From a bacterium (GTDB taxonomy: Bacteria; RBG-13-61-14; DATKZS01): a stretch of DNA of 64,000 nt. This document shows positions 9,922 to 19,351 of the stretch, one piece after another. The notes beneath the pieces were generated by a model that saw nothing but the letters and a program-made list of their open reading frames with translations, was not told where the DNA came from and made no database searches. The position numbers and the translations under genes are program-made. The stretch's first letter is position 1; each line of letters begins with the position of its first letter. The stretch is taken from positions 352,001 through 416,000 of the forward strand of contig CAXXFL010000001.1 in the NCBI GenBank assembly GCA_963674965.2. Reading direction: 5' to 3'.

Positions 9922-10740
9922 ATGGATGGAGGCCAAAATAAGTATTCCGCCCGGGAGCTTGCCTTGGCCGTCGAGACGGGCGCGACCGAGGGGATCAAGC
10001 TCTGGCGCGCCTGGGACCGGGTCGAGGTGATCGAGGAGGACGGCTACGTGATGACCCTCTCCGACGTGGCCTTTCCCATGTTCAACTGCGTTTTCAAGTG
10101 CGATCTTGGCCGCGAGCCGGCTGAGGCCGACGGGAAGATCGAGCGAATAAAGTCGATGGCGTCGGCTCGAGGCGTTCCCATGGCCTGGTGGATGGGCCCG
10201 TCCGCGTCTCCCGAGGACCTGTCCGAGCGGCTTATCGCTCGGGGCTTCACGGTCGCGCCGGGCCCGGCCGGGATGGCCATGGACCTTTGCCTTATCGAGG
10301 AGCGCGGCGCGCCGCCGCCGGGCGTTCTGATCCGTGAGGTCGAAAGCCCGTCCGACCTCCGGACCTGGTGCGATATCATGCTGCCCGTTTTCGCTTTCCC
10401 TTCTCCCACCTGGCGCGCCTGGCGGGAGCTGATGGCGGCGCAGGGCCACGGACCTGGAAGCAGAGTGAGGCATTACCTGGCGGAGCTGAACGGGCGTCCC
10501 GCGGCCACCTCGTCGGTCATTCTAAGCGGGGAGTTGGCCATGCTGGCGAACGTGGCCACCCTGCCGAAGGCGAGAAAAAGGGGCATCGCCGGGGCCATGA
10601 CCGCCAAGGCGCTTCATGACGCGAGACGCGAGGGGTCCCGCGTGGGCGCTCTCTTCGCCACCAACGCGGGCTACCCGCTTTACTCGAGGATGGGTTTCGA
10701 GGAATTCTTTAAAGTCCGGATACACGTTTGGTGGGAATAG
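9922..10740 (+). CDS. GNAT family N-acetyltransferase
   Basis: Motif A NVATLPKARKRGIA and GYPLYSRMGF; AGGAG RBS before ATG 9922. Confidence 0.88.
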   Translation: MDGGQNKYSARELALAVETGATEGIKLWRAWDRVEVIEEDGYVMTLSDVAFPMFNCVFKCDLGREPAEADGKIERIKSMASARGVPMAWWMGPSASPEDLSERLIARGFTVAPGPAGMAMDLCLIEERGAPPPGVLIREVESPSDLRTWCDIMLPVFAFPSPTWRAWRELMAAQGHGPGSRVRHYLAELNGRPAATSSVILSGELAMLANVATLPKARKRGIAGAMTAKALHDARREGSRVGALFATNAGYPLYSRMGFEEFFKVRIHVWWE

Positions 10741-10764
10741 GCATACAGCGGGCCGTCGTGCCAA

Positions 10765-11649
10765 TCACGTAAGCTGGCAGAGTTTCAGCACGTCCTTTTT
10801 CCAATGCGCCTTGCCCCGCCTTTCCAGGCAAGCCTCGATGAACATCCTCTCTTCCTCCTCGGTAAAGGACCGGTTCTTGAGATAATGCCGGATGCAATGG
10901 GCGGTGCGCTTGGGACCGGGCACGCGCCAGGGAAAGCTTTGGTCGAAGTCGAGGAAATAGAACTCGTAGCTCCCGCCGTTCTCGGCCACCATGGTGTTCT
11001 TGTCGGTGTCCTCGGTGTAGACCCCGAGGTCGTGAAGGCGCACCAGGTTATCCAGGAGATCGAGAAGGAATTTTTCGCGCTCCCAGGCGGGAGCGTTCTT
11101 GAAGCGCTCCTGATACTCGTGGAAGTCGACGACGCTCGCGGGAAGCTTCTCGATGAACAGGACCGCGGTCCGGGGAAACCCCAATACCGATTCCTTGAGC
11201 AGGGCCACGGGACGCGTGACCTTGATTCCGTTCTCCTCCAAATAGGCCAGGGTGGCGAAGTTGCGCTCGGCCTCGGTGAAGAAGAACCATCCCTCGATGG
11301 CCCTGAGCGCGTGGGAATACCTGTAAAACTTGGCCAGCACCTGCCGGCCCGAGCCGTCTTGGATGGGATAATCGGCCAATAATTTCCTGCGGTCGACGCC
11401 GGACAGGACGCTCTTGACTTCCTCGGTTTCCTTTAACGCGTCCCAGGCTTTGACGATCTCGATGGTCCTTTCCACCAGGTCGTCGGAGGGAGGAGCCATG
11501 ACCTCTCTTTTGGTAAGGCCGCCGAGCCTGGAGTAGAGGACAACGGGATTTCGGCGATAATAGCCGAACTTGTCCGCGAATACTCTCCACCTCGAGGCGA
11601 TGGACCTGGTATTTTCGCCCTTTTCATTCATGACTACGGATATCCCCAC
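10765..11649 (-). CDS. Lipopolysaccharide kinase (Kdo/WaaP/InaA)-like protein
   Basis: VLAKFY, AERNFATLAYLEENGIKVTRPVA, LHDLGVYTEDTDKN, FYFLDFD. Start uncertain (may be 11631). Confidence 0.72.
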   Translation of the reverse strand: MGISVVMNEKGENTRSIASRWRVFADKFGYYRRNPVVLYSRLGGLTKREVMAPPSDDLVERTIEIVKAWDALKETEEVKSVLSGVDRRKLLADYPIQDGSGRQVLAKFYRYSHALRAIEGWFFFTEAERNFATLAYLEENGIKVTRPVALLKESVLGFPRTAVLFIEKLPASVVDFHEYQERFKNAPAWEREKFLLDLLDNLVRLHDLGVYTEDTDKNTMVAENGGSYEFYFLDFDQSFPWRVPGPKRTAHCIRHYLKNRSFTEEEERMFIEACLERRGKAHWKKDVLKLCQLT

Positions 11650-11743
11650 TTTATCCGAATTTATTTACGAACGTACCCTGTACGTATATTATATAATAAT
11701 TGGCGTTTATTTAAAACTTCCGGGCTTTTCGCTCGCGGATAAA

Positions 11744-12751
11744 TTATCGGGAAGGCCGGGGAGGGGCGGGTTTTCGGCAGGCGGCGCTCATGCGTTTTTG
11801 CCACTTGGGCTTTCCCCTGAAAACCAGGTAGGCCTTGATATAGAGGGCGACGTCGCTCTGATTGAAGTCGGGGCCGTTGAGCATGACCTTGACGTTCTGG
11901 GCCGACCTCCTGAAATTGGGGGTCCGCCAGGGGAAGGCGAAGTCGAAATCGAGGAAATAAAACTTCCAGCCGTCCTTTAAATTCTCGATCATGGCGTTCT
12001 TCTCGAGGTCGTGCGTGTAGAAGCCATGGCGGTGAAGGGCCGCCGCGGCGTGGGCCAGGGCGATGATAAAGGTCCTCCTTTCCTCCTCGCCGAGTTGGCC
12101 GAGCCAGTTAACGTAGGCCTGGTAATCCAGGACCGCTCCTCCCAGCTCCTCCATGAAAAGGACCGCCCGGACCGGCGCGCCAAGCCGCGACTCCACGAGC
12201 AGGGCGACCGGCACGGTCACGTTAAAGCCCTTGTCCTTGAGGTAGAGAAGGTTGATGAAGTTTCTTTCCGGCTCGAGGCGGAGCAGATATTTCTCGACGC
12301 CCCGATATATCTCCTTGCCGGAAAAGTCGTAGTACTTGGCCAGGCATTTGCCGCGGCCGGTCTCGAGACGGGCGGCGGAGATGATTTTCCTTTTATACGT
12401 CGCCTCGATCTCTTCCCTTACCTCCCCGCGCCCCCGCTCCTTGTCCCAGACGGAGACCAACTCGAGGACTTGATCCAGCCCGTACTCGGGGTTGATAAGG
12501 ATTCTCCTTTTATATTTCGAGCCGGGAGGGGAAGGAGCCTTGACATGGGCGTGGGACCGGAAGTGTCTCGTTTTTTCCAGGAACAGCCCCAGGCCGGTCC
12601 TCGGCTCGCCTCCGCCTTGACGCGGGGGTAAAGAATCGCGAGTCGCCAGGATAATATCGAGATTGCCGCCCATGGACTCGACCCATCGCAGGTCCGGCCG
12701 GCCCATGGTTTTTTCGTCGTGCCTTGCCATGCTCATCGACGCCGGCGCCAC
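11744..12751 (-). CDS. Lipopolysaccharide kinase (Kdo/WaaP/InaA)-like protein, paralog of the neighbouring gene
   Basis: CLAKYY, PERNFINLLYLKDKGFNVTVPVA, LHRHGFYTHDLEKN, FYFLDFDFAFPWR. Start uncertain. Confidence 0.72.
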   Translation of the reverse strand: MAPASMSMARHDEKTMGRPDLRWVESMGGNLDIILATRDSLPPRQGGGEPRTGLGLFLEKTRHFRSHAHVKAPSPPGSKYKRRILINPEYGLDQVLELVSVWDKERGRGEVREEIEATYKRKIISAARLETGRGKCLAKYYDFSGKEIYRGVEKYLLRLEPERNFINLLYLKDKGFNVTVPVALLVESRLGAPVRAVLFMEELGGAVLDYQAYVNWLGQLGEEERRTFIIALAHAAAALHRHGFYTHDLEKNAMIENLKDGWKFYFLDFDFAFPWRTPNFRRSAQNVKVMLNGPDFNQSDVALYIKAYLVFRGKPKWQKRMSAACRKPAPPRPSR

Positions 12752-12760
12752 GCTCGCGGG

Positions 12761-14578
12761 CTAGCGGACTCCCCTGGCCTCGAGCGCCCTTATCTCGGCG
12801 GCCCATTTCTCGCGCTCCTCCTCCCCCACCTCCGGGTCGGGAAGAAGCGAGCGGCGCGTGCAGTTGACGAGCGCCTGCAGGGTCTGGTAGCGGCGGGTCA
12901 AGGCTATGGCCGGCGGCAGGTGGTCGCGGATAATGTCCCCTATTACGTCCACCCCCAGCTTTTCGCCCTTGATGATCGAGTGGGCCTTGAGCTCCGAGCG
13001 AAGGGACGCGAAGTTGGCGGCCGACGTGCCCCCGATCATCTCGTCGAGCCTGGTCAGTTCCTCGTCGGTGGGCGGGTGGTCCATTACCGACTCGACCGTC
13101 CAGCGCAGGAACTCTTTTCTGTCGTCGCCCTCCGCGTCGAGTATGGGAATGATCAGGTCTCCCACCCTGCCCGGCCGCCGGATGTCGGGGGAAAGGAGCT
13201 GAATCCTGGCGGTCATCAAAAGCCAGATCACCCGGCCGCGAAGCTTGGGGTCGCTCATCATGGCCTGGATTTTTCCGGTCAGCCTTCTTTCCGTCGAGTG
13301 CGTCTCCGGTCCCACCCCTCCGAACTGGGTGTCGGCCTCATCCACGAAGATAAGCACCTTGGCCAGGGCGTCGAGCACGCGCCGGAGCCGCTCGAAGATG
13401 ACGTCGGTCTGGCCGAACCACTGGCTCCGGATGTTCTTGAGGACCAGTACCACCATGTCCAACTCGCTGGCCACGGCCTCGAAGACGAAGGTCTTGCCGC
13501 CGCCGATGGGGCCGCACACGGCCGCGCCGGGCAGGGCCTCGGCTCCCGCGGCCTTGAAGCGGGGTATCAACTCGGCGCCCAGGAACTCCTTGAGCCTGGA
13601 GAAGCCCACCACGTCGTCCAGGCAATGGCCGGGCTTTTTGAACTCGACTATGTCCTCGCCGAGCTGGCTTTGAATGTGCTCCTCCACCTTGTCCACCACG
13701 TCGGCCAGGGTCAGGTCGCGGCCCTCGTGGATGGCCCCCTTCAAGAGTTGGTTCAGCGCGTGGATCGTGAGACCCGCCGTGAATCGGGCCAGGTCGTTCT
13801 TGTCCCCCCACAGCCTCAGCTTGCGAGTCGAGGACCGGCGGCCGTCGAACCATTCGATGAACTCGAGCCGCTCCTCCTCGTCCGGCGCCGGAACGCTTAC
13901 CTCGATGACCTGGGGAAGACGGGACACCCGGTGGTTGATGAGGCTGCGCGACTCCGAGAAAAGGACCACCGCGTCGCCCCCGTCCATGAAGCCGGGGTCG
14001 GAGAACCAGTCCCGGCAGACGCTCACGCGGTGGCGGTCGGCGTCGGACAGGCTCACTATCTCTCCCTCCGGTATGACCATGTCAGCCGCCTCGATGAGGA
14101 TGATGAGGTCCTCGCTCAAAAGGGGCCGGTCGCCCAGGCGCGCTCGGGAGCAAAGGCACATCTGGCGGAGTATCTCGAGGGCAACGGTCGGGTTGCCCAC
14201 CGCGGACTTGAGGTTGGCGTCAAAGGCCTGGTTCATGGTCTCGAGCTTGGCCCGGGCCTTGTTCGAGGCCAGCATGATCTCGACGGCCAGGGCGTTGTAG
14301 TCCATGCCGCTGCGCCATTTCAGCCAGGCCTCCCTCACCTTCTCCCGGTCCTTGTCGTCGATGAAGCGGATGGGCCCGTTCAGCTCGTAGACGATGAGTA
14401 TCTTGTTCTTGACCGCCCACTGGCCGGTGAGGAAATCCACCAGGGGCGCGTAGCCGGAGTCCGGGCCCGGCTGCCGGAAAAGGTCGTGTATGTTTCCGGT
14501 CATGACGATGACCCTGGACTGTCCCGAGTTGAGGACCCTGCCGGAGATTTTCAGAAACTCGTAATCGGGCGCGCTCAT
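12761..14578 (-). CDS. AAA+ ATPase, classical clade: degenerate N-terminal AAA-like domain plus intact C-terminal AAA domain
   Basis: Walker A GPIGGGKT, pore loop SQWFGQT, Walker B IFVDEAD, Arg-finger region IRRPGRV. The first domain keeps only a Walker-B-like ILIEAAD. Confidence 0.9.
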   Translation of the reverse strand: MSAPDYEFLKISGRVLNSGQSRVIVMTGNIHDLFRQPGPDSGYAPLVDFLTGQWAVKNKILIVYELNGPIRFIDDKDREKVREAWLKWRSGMDYNALAVEIMLASNKARAKLETMNQAFDANLKSAVGNPTVALEILRQMCLCSRARLGDRPLLSEDLIILIEAADMVIPEGEIVSLSDADRHRVSVCRDWFSDPGFMDGGDAVVLFSESRSLINHRVSRLPQVIEVSVPAPDEEERLEFIEWFDGRRSSTRKLRLWGDKNDLARFTAGLTIHALNQLLKGAIHEGRDLTLADVVDKVEEHIQSQLGEDIVEFKKPGHCLDDVVGFSRLKEFLGAELIPRFKAAGAEALPGAAVCGPIGGGKTFVFEAVASELDMVVLVLKNIRSQWFGQTDVIFERLRRVLDALAKVLIFVDEADTQFGGVGPETHSTERRLTGKIQAMMSDPKLRGRVIWLLMTARIQLLSPDIRRPGRVGDLIIPILDAEGDDRKEFLRWTVESVMDHPPTDEELTRLDEMIGGTSAANFASLRSELKAHSIIKGEKLGVDVIGDIIRDHLPPAIALTRRYQTLQALVNCTRRSLLPDPEVGEEEREKWAAEIRALEARGVR

Positions 14579-15525
14579 GCCAGCACTCCTTGTCCTTTTC
14601 CTTCCTCGAGCTGTTTCCAGAAGACGGCCGACCCCTCGGGCGGCTGGAGGTTGCGGGCGTCGAAGGTCGACTCCCTAATTTCCTCGCGCTGCTTGACGAA
14701 GGTATCGAAGTTCCTCGGCTCGTCGGGACGGTAAACGGGGGCGCACCGGTCGTAGACCACCGTGGCCCCGGGCGGCTCCTCGAGCCCGGCTCCTTTCCAG
14801 TCCCAGTACTGGCTAAGGCCTACCACCCTGTCTCCCACGAAAATGGCCTCGTTAAGCTCGTGGGTGACGATGAGGACCGTGTAGGGGGGCGGCTCGTTTC
14901 TCGACCTGGCCTCGAGGTTCTCCGCGTAGAGGTTGAGGAGCAGGCGCTGGAGTTCCTCGCGGGTCGCCTCGTCCAGGGCCCCGAAGGGCTCGTCCAGAAG
15001 AAGTATCTCGGGCTTCATGATCAGCGCCTGGGCCACCGCCACCCTTTGACGCATGCCGCCCGACATCTGGGCCGGATAAAGGTCCACCGCGTCGGCCAGC
15101 TTCAGCTTCTCCAGAAAACTCGTGGCCGCGGCCAGGTGCTCCCTTCTAAGCCCGCGCCATTTCGAGAAGCCCAAAAGACGCCCCGCGACGCTGGTCTGAT
15201 CCAGCTTCAGCCCGAAGGCCACGTTTTGCCTGGCCGTGAGAAAGGGAAAAAGGGAGTACTGCTGGTACACGATGCCCCGGTCGCGTCCTGGCCCCCTGAC
15301 CGCCAGGGCCCTTTCGCTCCCCGCCTCTTTGACCTTGACGCTACCCTCACAAGGCGGGTGGGTGCCCACGATGGCGCGAAGGAGGGTCGATTTGCCGCAG
15401 CCGCTGGGACCGACCAAGGACACGATCTCGCCCCTGATTATCTGAAGGTTCACGTCGTAAAGGACCCGCTTGGGCCCGAACCAGTGGGAAACGCCGCGGC
15501 ACTCGAGGACCAGGTCGCGGTCCAT
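14575..15525 (-). CDS. ABC transporter ATP-binding protein, NitT/TauT family
   Basis: GPSGCGKST, YQQYSLFP, MSGGMRQR, LLLDEPFGALD, VTHEL. Confidence 0.93.
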   Translation of the reverse strand: MDRDLVLECRGVSHWFGPKRVLYDVNLQIIRGEIVSLVGPSGCGKSTLLRAIVGTHPPCEGSVKVKEAGSERALAVRGPGRDRGIVYQQYSLFPFLTARQNVAFGLKLDQTSVAGRLLGFSKWRGLRREHLAAATSFLEKLKLADAVDLYPAQMSGGMRQRVAVAQALIMKPEILLLDEPFGALDEATREELQRLLLNLYAENLEARSRNEPPPYTVLIVTHELNEAIFVGDRVVGLSQYWDWKGAGLEEPPGATVVYDRCAPVYRPDEPRNFDTFVKQREEIRESTFDARNLQPPEGSAVFWKQLEEGKGQGVLA

Positions 15526-15528
15526 GGC

Positions 15529-16335
15529 TCACCTTCCCTCCGGCGAGAACCAGGGGCAAAGCGCCCTTTGCGTCCTTCTCGTCAGGTAGTCCATGGAGAA
15601 GCCGAAGGCCGCCAGCAGGGCGAGGTAGGGGTAGACCACCTCCATGTTCAAAAGCTTGGACTGGAGCCGGATGCGGTAGCCGAAGCCCACGTCGCCCACC
15701 ACCATCTCGGCCGCGATAAGATAGACCATGGCCGGCCCTATTTGCAGGCGGGCCGCGTCGATGATCTTGGGCAGGATGGCGGGAAAGATGACGTTCCAGA
15801 TCAGCTCGGGCTGGGACGCGCCCAGGGTATGGGCCTTGTATAAAAGCTCGTCGGGCACCTCCTTGACGGCCAGGTAGACCGACTGGGACAGGGTGGGCAG
15901 GACCCCGAACACGATCATGGCCACGTACATTTCCGTGTCGGTTCCCACCATGACGAAGAACACGGCCAGGGCCGCCGTGGGAGGGACCTTGGCCAGGAGC
16001 GACATGGGAGGCACCAGGAAGGACTCGAAGGTCGCGTAGCACCCCATCAGGAGTCCCAGGACCACGGCCAGGACCACGCCGATGGAAAGGCCCAGGAAGA
16101 GCCGGATGGCCGTGGCCTTCGAGTCCTCGATCACCCAGCGCTCGCCGCTCCTGGAGTTGGCTAGGACCGCCTTTTTCACGCCCCCGCCCATCTGCTTCCA
16201 AGTGGGTATGGTGGTGTCGTCCGGGTTTTTCACGTGCTGTCTGTAAGATAGCATGGTGTAGAGACCAAGGAGCGCGACCACGGAAAGGGCGCTGAGCAAA
16301 AGGGCGGCGTTCCTGGAGATGGGTTGTCGGATCAT
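15529..16335 (-). CDS. ABC transporter permease, NitT/TauT (SsuC/TauC-like)
   Basis: Multiple TM helices, KVPPTA, EAA-like loop KAHTLGAS, LIAAEM...GFG. Confidence 0.92.
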   Translation of the reverse strand: MIRQPISRNAALLLSALSVVALLGLYTMLSYRQHVKNPDDTTIPTWKQMGGGVKKAVLANSRSGERWVIEDSKATAIRLFLGLSIGVVLAVVLGLLMGCYATFESFLVPPMSLLAKVPPTAALAVFFVMVGTDTEMYVAMIVFGVLPTLSQSVYLAVKEVPDELLYKAHTLGASQPELIWNVIFPAILPKIIDAARLQIGPAMVYLIAAEMVVGDVGFGYRIRLQSKLLNMEVVYPYLALLAAFGFSMDYLTRRTQRALCPWFSPEGR

Positions 16336-16415
16336 ATGATTTTCCCATGGATACGGGGCGGACGCGACGACCGCCGCGCCTCGCCCCTTATTAGTACGTT
16401 AACGATCGGCCGGGC

Positions 16416-17501
16416 TTACTTGCTCGCGGCCTGGTAGGCCTTGACGTAAGCCGGGTCGAGCCTGAAGTTGGCGTCGGCGGCCGCGGCCTTGTCGCCGTAG
16501 CCGACCTTGGGGGCCTTGTCCACGATCTCGTGGTCCACGCAGAACTTGACGACCTTTTCCATGATCCCCTTGGTGGCGTCGTCGGTGAGGACCTTGGTCC
16601 CCTCCTCGGGGGTCGAGTAGAAGCGGGTCTGCTCGACCACCTTCTTCATGGCCTCGAGGTCTAGGTGGGAGAACTTCTCGCCCAGGGCCACGAGGGTCTC
16701 GTCCCGCGTCTTCTCGTCCTTCATCCTCTGGTTGACCTGGTAGAAGGCGTCGATCACGGCGTGGGCGAACTTGTCGCCGCCGGGCTTATCAAGCGACTCC
16801 TGGGACATGACCACCATGTCGATGATCTCGCCGGGTATCTTGGTCGAGTCGAAAAGGACCTTGGCGTCCTTTCTTTTATTCAGGGTCTCGAGCACGAACG
16901 GGTTCCACACCACGATGGCCTCGTAGCCCTCGTGTCCCTGCTGCATGGCCAGGGCGGCCGCGCCCGGGTCCATGTTGGTGAACTTGTAGTCGGCCTCCTT
17001 CTCGCCCAGAAGCTCGAGGTTCCGAACGAAGCAGTACTCGGAGACCGTCTTGGCCAGGCCGTAGACGGGCTTGCCTTTTAGCTGCTTCACGTCGGTCACG
17101 CCGCCGGCCACGATGAGGGCGTCGGCCCCGAAGCTGGTCGAGGTGGGCAGGATGCCGACCGACTTGATGGTCAGGCTGGGGTTTAAAGCGTCCATGTTGG
17201 TGATGCACACGGCGTCCACGTTGCCCGAGCCGTACATCTGGAGGCACGGGTCGTACTCGGCCTCCTTAAGCTCGACGTCCACGCCCCACTTCTTTTCCAC
17301 CGGGCCGAGCTTTCCCTTCTTGCCGTCGATGATCCCGTACTCGTGGGCCACGCCAAAGGCGCTCCATGACGGGTACTCGCTCCAGGCCAAAGAGAAAGTG
17401 GGAACGTCCTCAGCCTCGGCCGTGCCCGCTATCCATACCATCGGGCTGATCGCCAAAACAACCAGGGCGATCCCCAACGCATTCTTCCTTAAGTTTTTCA
17501 T
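16416..17501 (-). CDS. ABC transporter substrate-binding protein (NMT1/SsuA fold; resembles the urea-carboxylase-region SBP group)
   Basis: Signal peptide, LAWSEYPSW, TNMDAL, SFGADA, VVWNP, FDSTKIPGEIIDM. Confidence 0.85.
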   Translation of the reverse strand: MKNLRKNALGIALVVLAISPMVWIAGTAEAEDVPTFSLAWSEYPSWSAFGVAHEYGIIDGKKGKLGPVEKKWGVDVELKEAEYDPCLQMYGSGNVDAVCITNMDALNPSLTIKSVGILPTSTSFGADALIVAGGVTDVKQLKGKPVYGLAKTVSEYCFVRNLELLGEKEADYKFTNMDPGAAALAMQQGHEGYEAIVVWNPFVLETLNKRKDAKVLFDSTKIPGEIIDMVVMSQESLDKPGGDKFAHAVIDAFYQVNQRMKDEKTRDETLVALGEKFSHLDLEAMKKVVEQTRFYSTPEEGTKVLTDDATKGIMEKVVKFCVDHEIVDKAPKVGYGDKAAAADANFRLDPAYVKAYQAASK

Positions 17502-17544
17502 CTCTTCCCTCCTCTCGGTTGAATATAAGTCTACTTCTTGTCCC

Positions 17545-18372
17545 TTACTCGGGCAGGGATTCCTTCTTGTCCGAGGCGGGCGCGGCCTTGGCCGCCGCGT
17601 CGGTCTCTCCCGCCAGTCCCACCAGGGCGTCGAACTCGGAGGTCGAGGCCGAGGTCCTGGCGTACTCGAGGAACTCCGCCTCCTGGACCTTGGCGTCCGT
17701 GCCCGCCAGCTCCTTGGATATCCTGGCCTCGGCCTTGACCTCCTGCCGAAGCTCGCGCATCCTTTGAAGCTCCTTTTCCGCGCCGTCCTCCGCGATGCCC
17801 GCGAAGGCGTCGGCGATCTCCTTCTCCTGCTTGGCCGTGATCATGTCCGCCACCGCGTCGTGGGCCTCGGCCTTGATATTGTCTATGTCGCGAGCCAGGC
17901 TCTGGAGCTGGACCTTGTGCTCGCCTATCCTTTTTCCGTACTCGGCCACGTCCCGCTCGAGCTCGTCGATCCGGGCCTGCTTCTCGGCCAGGGTCGAGCT
18001 GAAGTCGTTATAGGCGGCCAGGCACTTCATGTAATCCTCGTTGGTCTGGATTTCCTCCTTGGATTTTCCCTCGCCCTGAAGGCGGGCCACCTCCTGCTTG
18101 GCCTTGGCCAGGGCCCCGGCCCGAAGGCGCTCGAGCTTCTCGACCTCCTCGGTCAGCCCCTTGACCTTGGCGATCTTGTTCTCCTGCTGGGCAATAAGAC
18201 CCGCCACCGCCTGCTTGTACTGCTGGATGCGGGCGGTCTTGTCGCGTATGACCTCGTCGTACTTGGCCCGCATCACGTGGGGGTTGGTATCCAGGGTGCG
18301 CCTGGCCGCGTCTATCTGGCCGGTCATCAGATACCCCAGCGCCTTAAACCATCTTCCCAAGGCTCCAAACAT
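17545..18372 (-). CDS. PspA/IM30/Vipp1 family (ESCRT-III superfamily) coiled-coil protein
   Basis: Amphipathic N-terminal helix MFGALGRWFKALGYL, then DTNPHVM (compare PspA EDPxxM), long helical hairpin, C-terminal EAEFLEYA...SEFDAL helix. AAAGGAGG RBS. Confidence 0.8.
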   Translation of the reverse strand: MFGALGRWFKALGYLMTGQIDAARRTLDTNPHVMRAKYDEVIRDKTARIQQYKQAVAGLIAQQENKIAKVKGLTEEVEKLERLRAGALAKAKQEVARLQGEGKSKEEIQTNEDYMKCLAAYNDFSSTLAEKQARIDELERDVAEYGKRIGEHKVQLQSLARDIDNIKAEAHDAVADMITAKQEKEIADAFAGIAEDGAEKELQRMRELRQEVKAEARISKELAGTDAKVQEAEFLEYARTSASTSEFDALVGLAGETDAAAKAAPASDKKESLPE

Positions 18373-18452
18373 GGCCCATAGTCCTCCTTTATCTTTATCG
18401 CTTACGTCTTAAAAAATAACTCCCCCCGCCTCGAGGGCCTCGCGGCGGGCTT

Positions 18453-19247
18453 CTATAGCTCCCTGGTTCCCAGTTCCTCGTCCAGGCGCTTCATCCTTTC
18501 CGCCACCGACCTGGCCACCTCGAGGCCCCGGTCGAGCTCCTCGCGGACGCGGGCCAGCTCCGACGCCTGGGAGTCGCTTCCCGCGGTCACGCTCTGGATG
18601 CCCGCCAGGATTTTCCCGAGCTGCTTGATGCTCTCTCCCACGTCGGCGATGATCCGCTCCCTCTGCTGGAGAATCGGTTGTTGCGCGTCCCTGGTGGCCA
18701 TGGTCCTGGCCGTGTTCCAGAGCTGGAGCGTCTTCTCGAGGGACTTGACGCAGCTTCCGAAAAGCTCCTCCACCCGGGAGTTAATGCCCATGGCGGTGAA
18801 GGAATCGACCCCCGCGGACCAGTCCCGGCTCGAGTCGAAGGCCTTGGTCAGGGCCCGAAGATCACGCAGGCTCCACTCGGTGCGGGGGTCCCCGTCGGCC
18901 GCCAGCCGCCGGTCCAGGTCGTCGAGGGCCCGCTCGCGCTCGGCCTGAGCCTCGGCCTCGAGCTCGTGGACCACCTTCTTGCCCAGGTCCTCCTTGCTCA
19001 CGAAAAAGCGCGTGGCCGTTACGCCAACGGCCGCCAGTATGGCCGCGACGCCGGCGAACATGGCCGGTCCCGAGTTCAGGTCGAAGGTCCAAAGGGCCAG
19101 GAGGTCCGTGATTCCCGCCAGGGCCGGGACCAGCGTCCAGGGACTGGCGAAGAGCCTCATGAGCATCTTGCGCCGGAAGGTCGTCCGGTCCAGCGCCTTC
19201 TTCGACACGGCCCCCGCCGCGAGTATGTCCTTGTCTTTGCCCATCAC
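18453..19247 (-). CDS. Hypothetical protein: two N-terminal TM helices plus a cytoplasmic coiled-coil/helical domain
   Basis: Hydrophobic segments at about residues 33-55 and 62-81, then heptad-rich helices; inside the operon, immediately upstream of the PspA-like gene. Confidence 0.8.
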   Translation of the reverse strand: MMGKDKDILAAGAVSKKALDRTTFRRKMLMRLFASPWTLVPALAGITDLLALWTFDLNSGPAMFAGVAAILAAVGVTATRFFVSKEDLGKKVVHELEAEAQAERERALDDLDRRLAADGDPRTEWSLRDLRALTKAFDSSRDWSAGVDSFTAMGINSRVEELFGSCVKSLEKTLQLWNTARTMATRDAQQPILQQRERIIADVGESIKQLGKILAGIQSVTAGSDSQASELARVREELDRGLEVARSVAERMKRLDEELGTREL

Positions 19248-19351
19248 TGAATTATAGCCGACAATTCTCCATCCGGCAGTCGGCTTCGAAAAAGACCGAT
19301 CGTCTTACAATACTCCGACGGCCTCTTTTTGTCTGGCCATCGCGTCATTTT

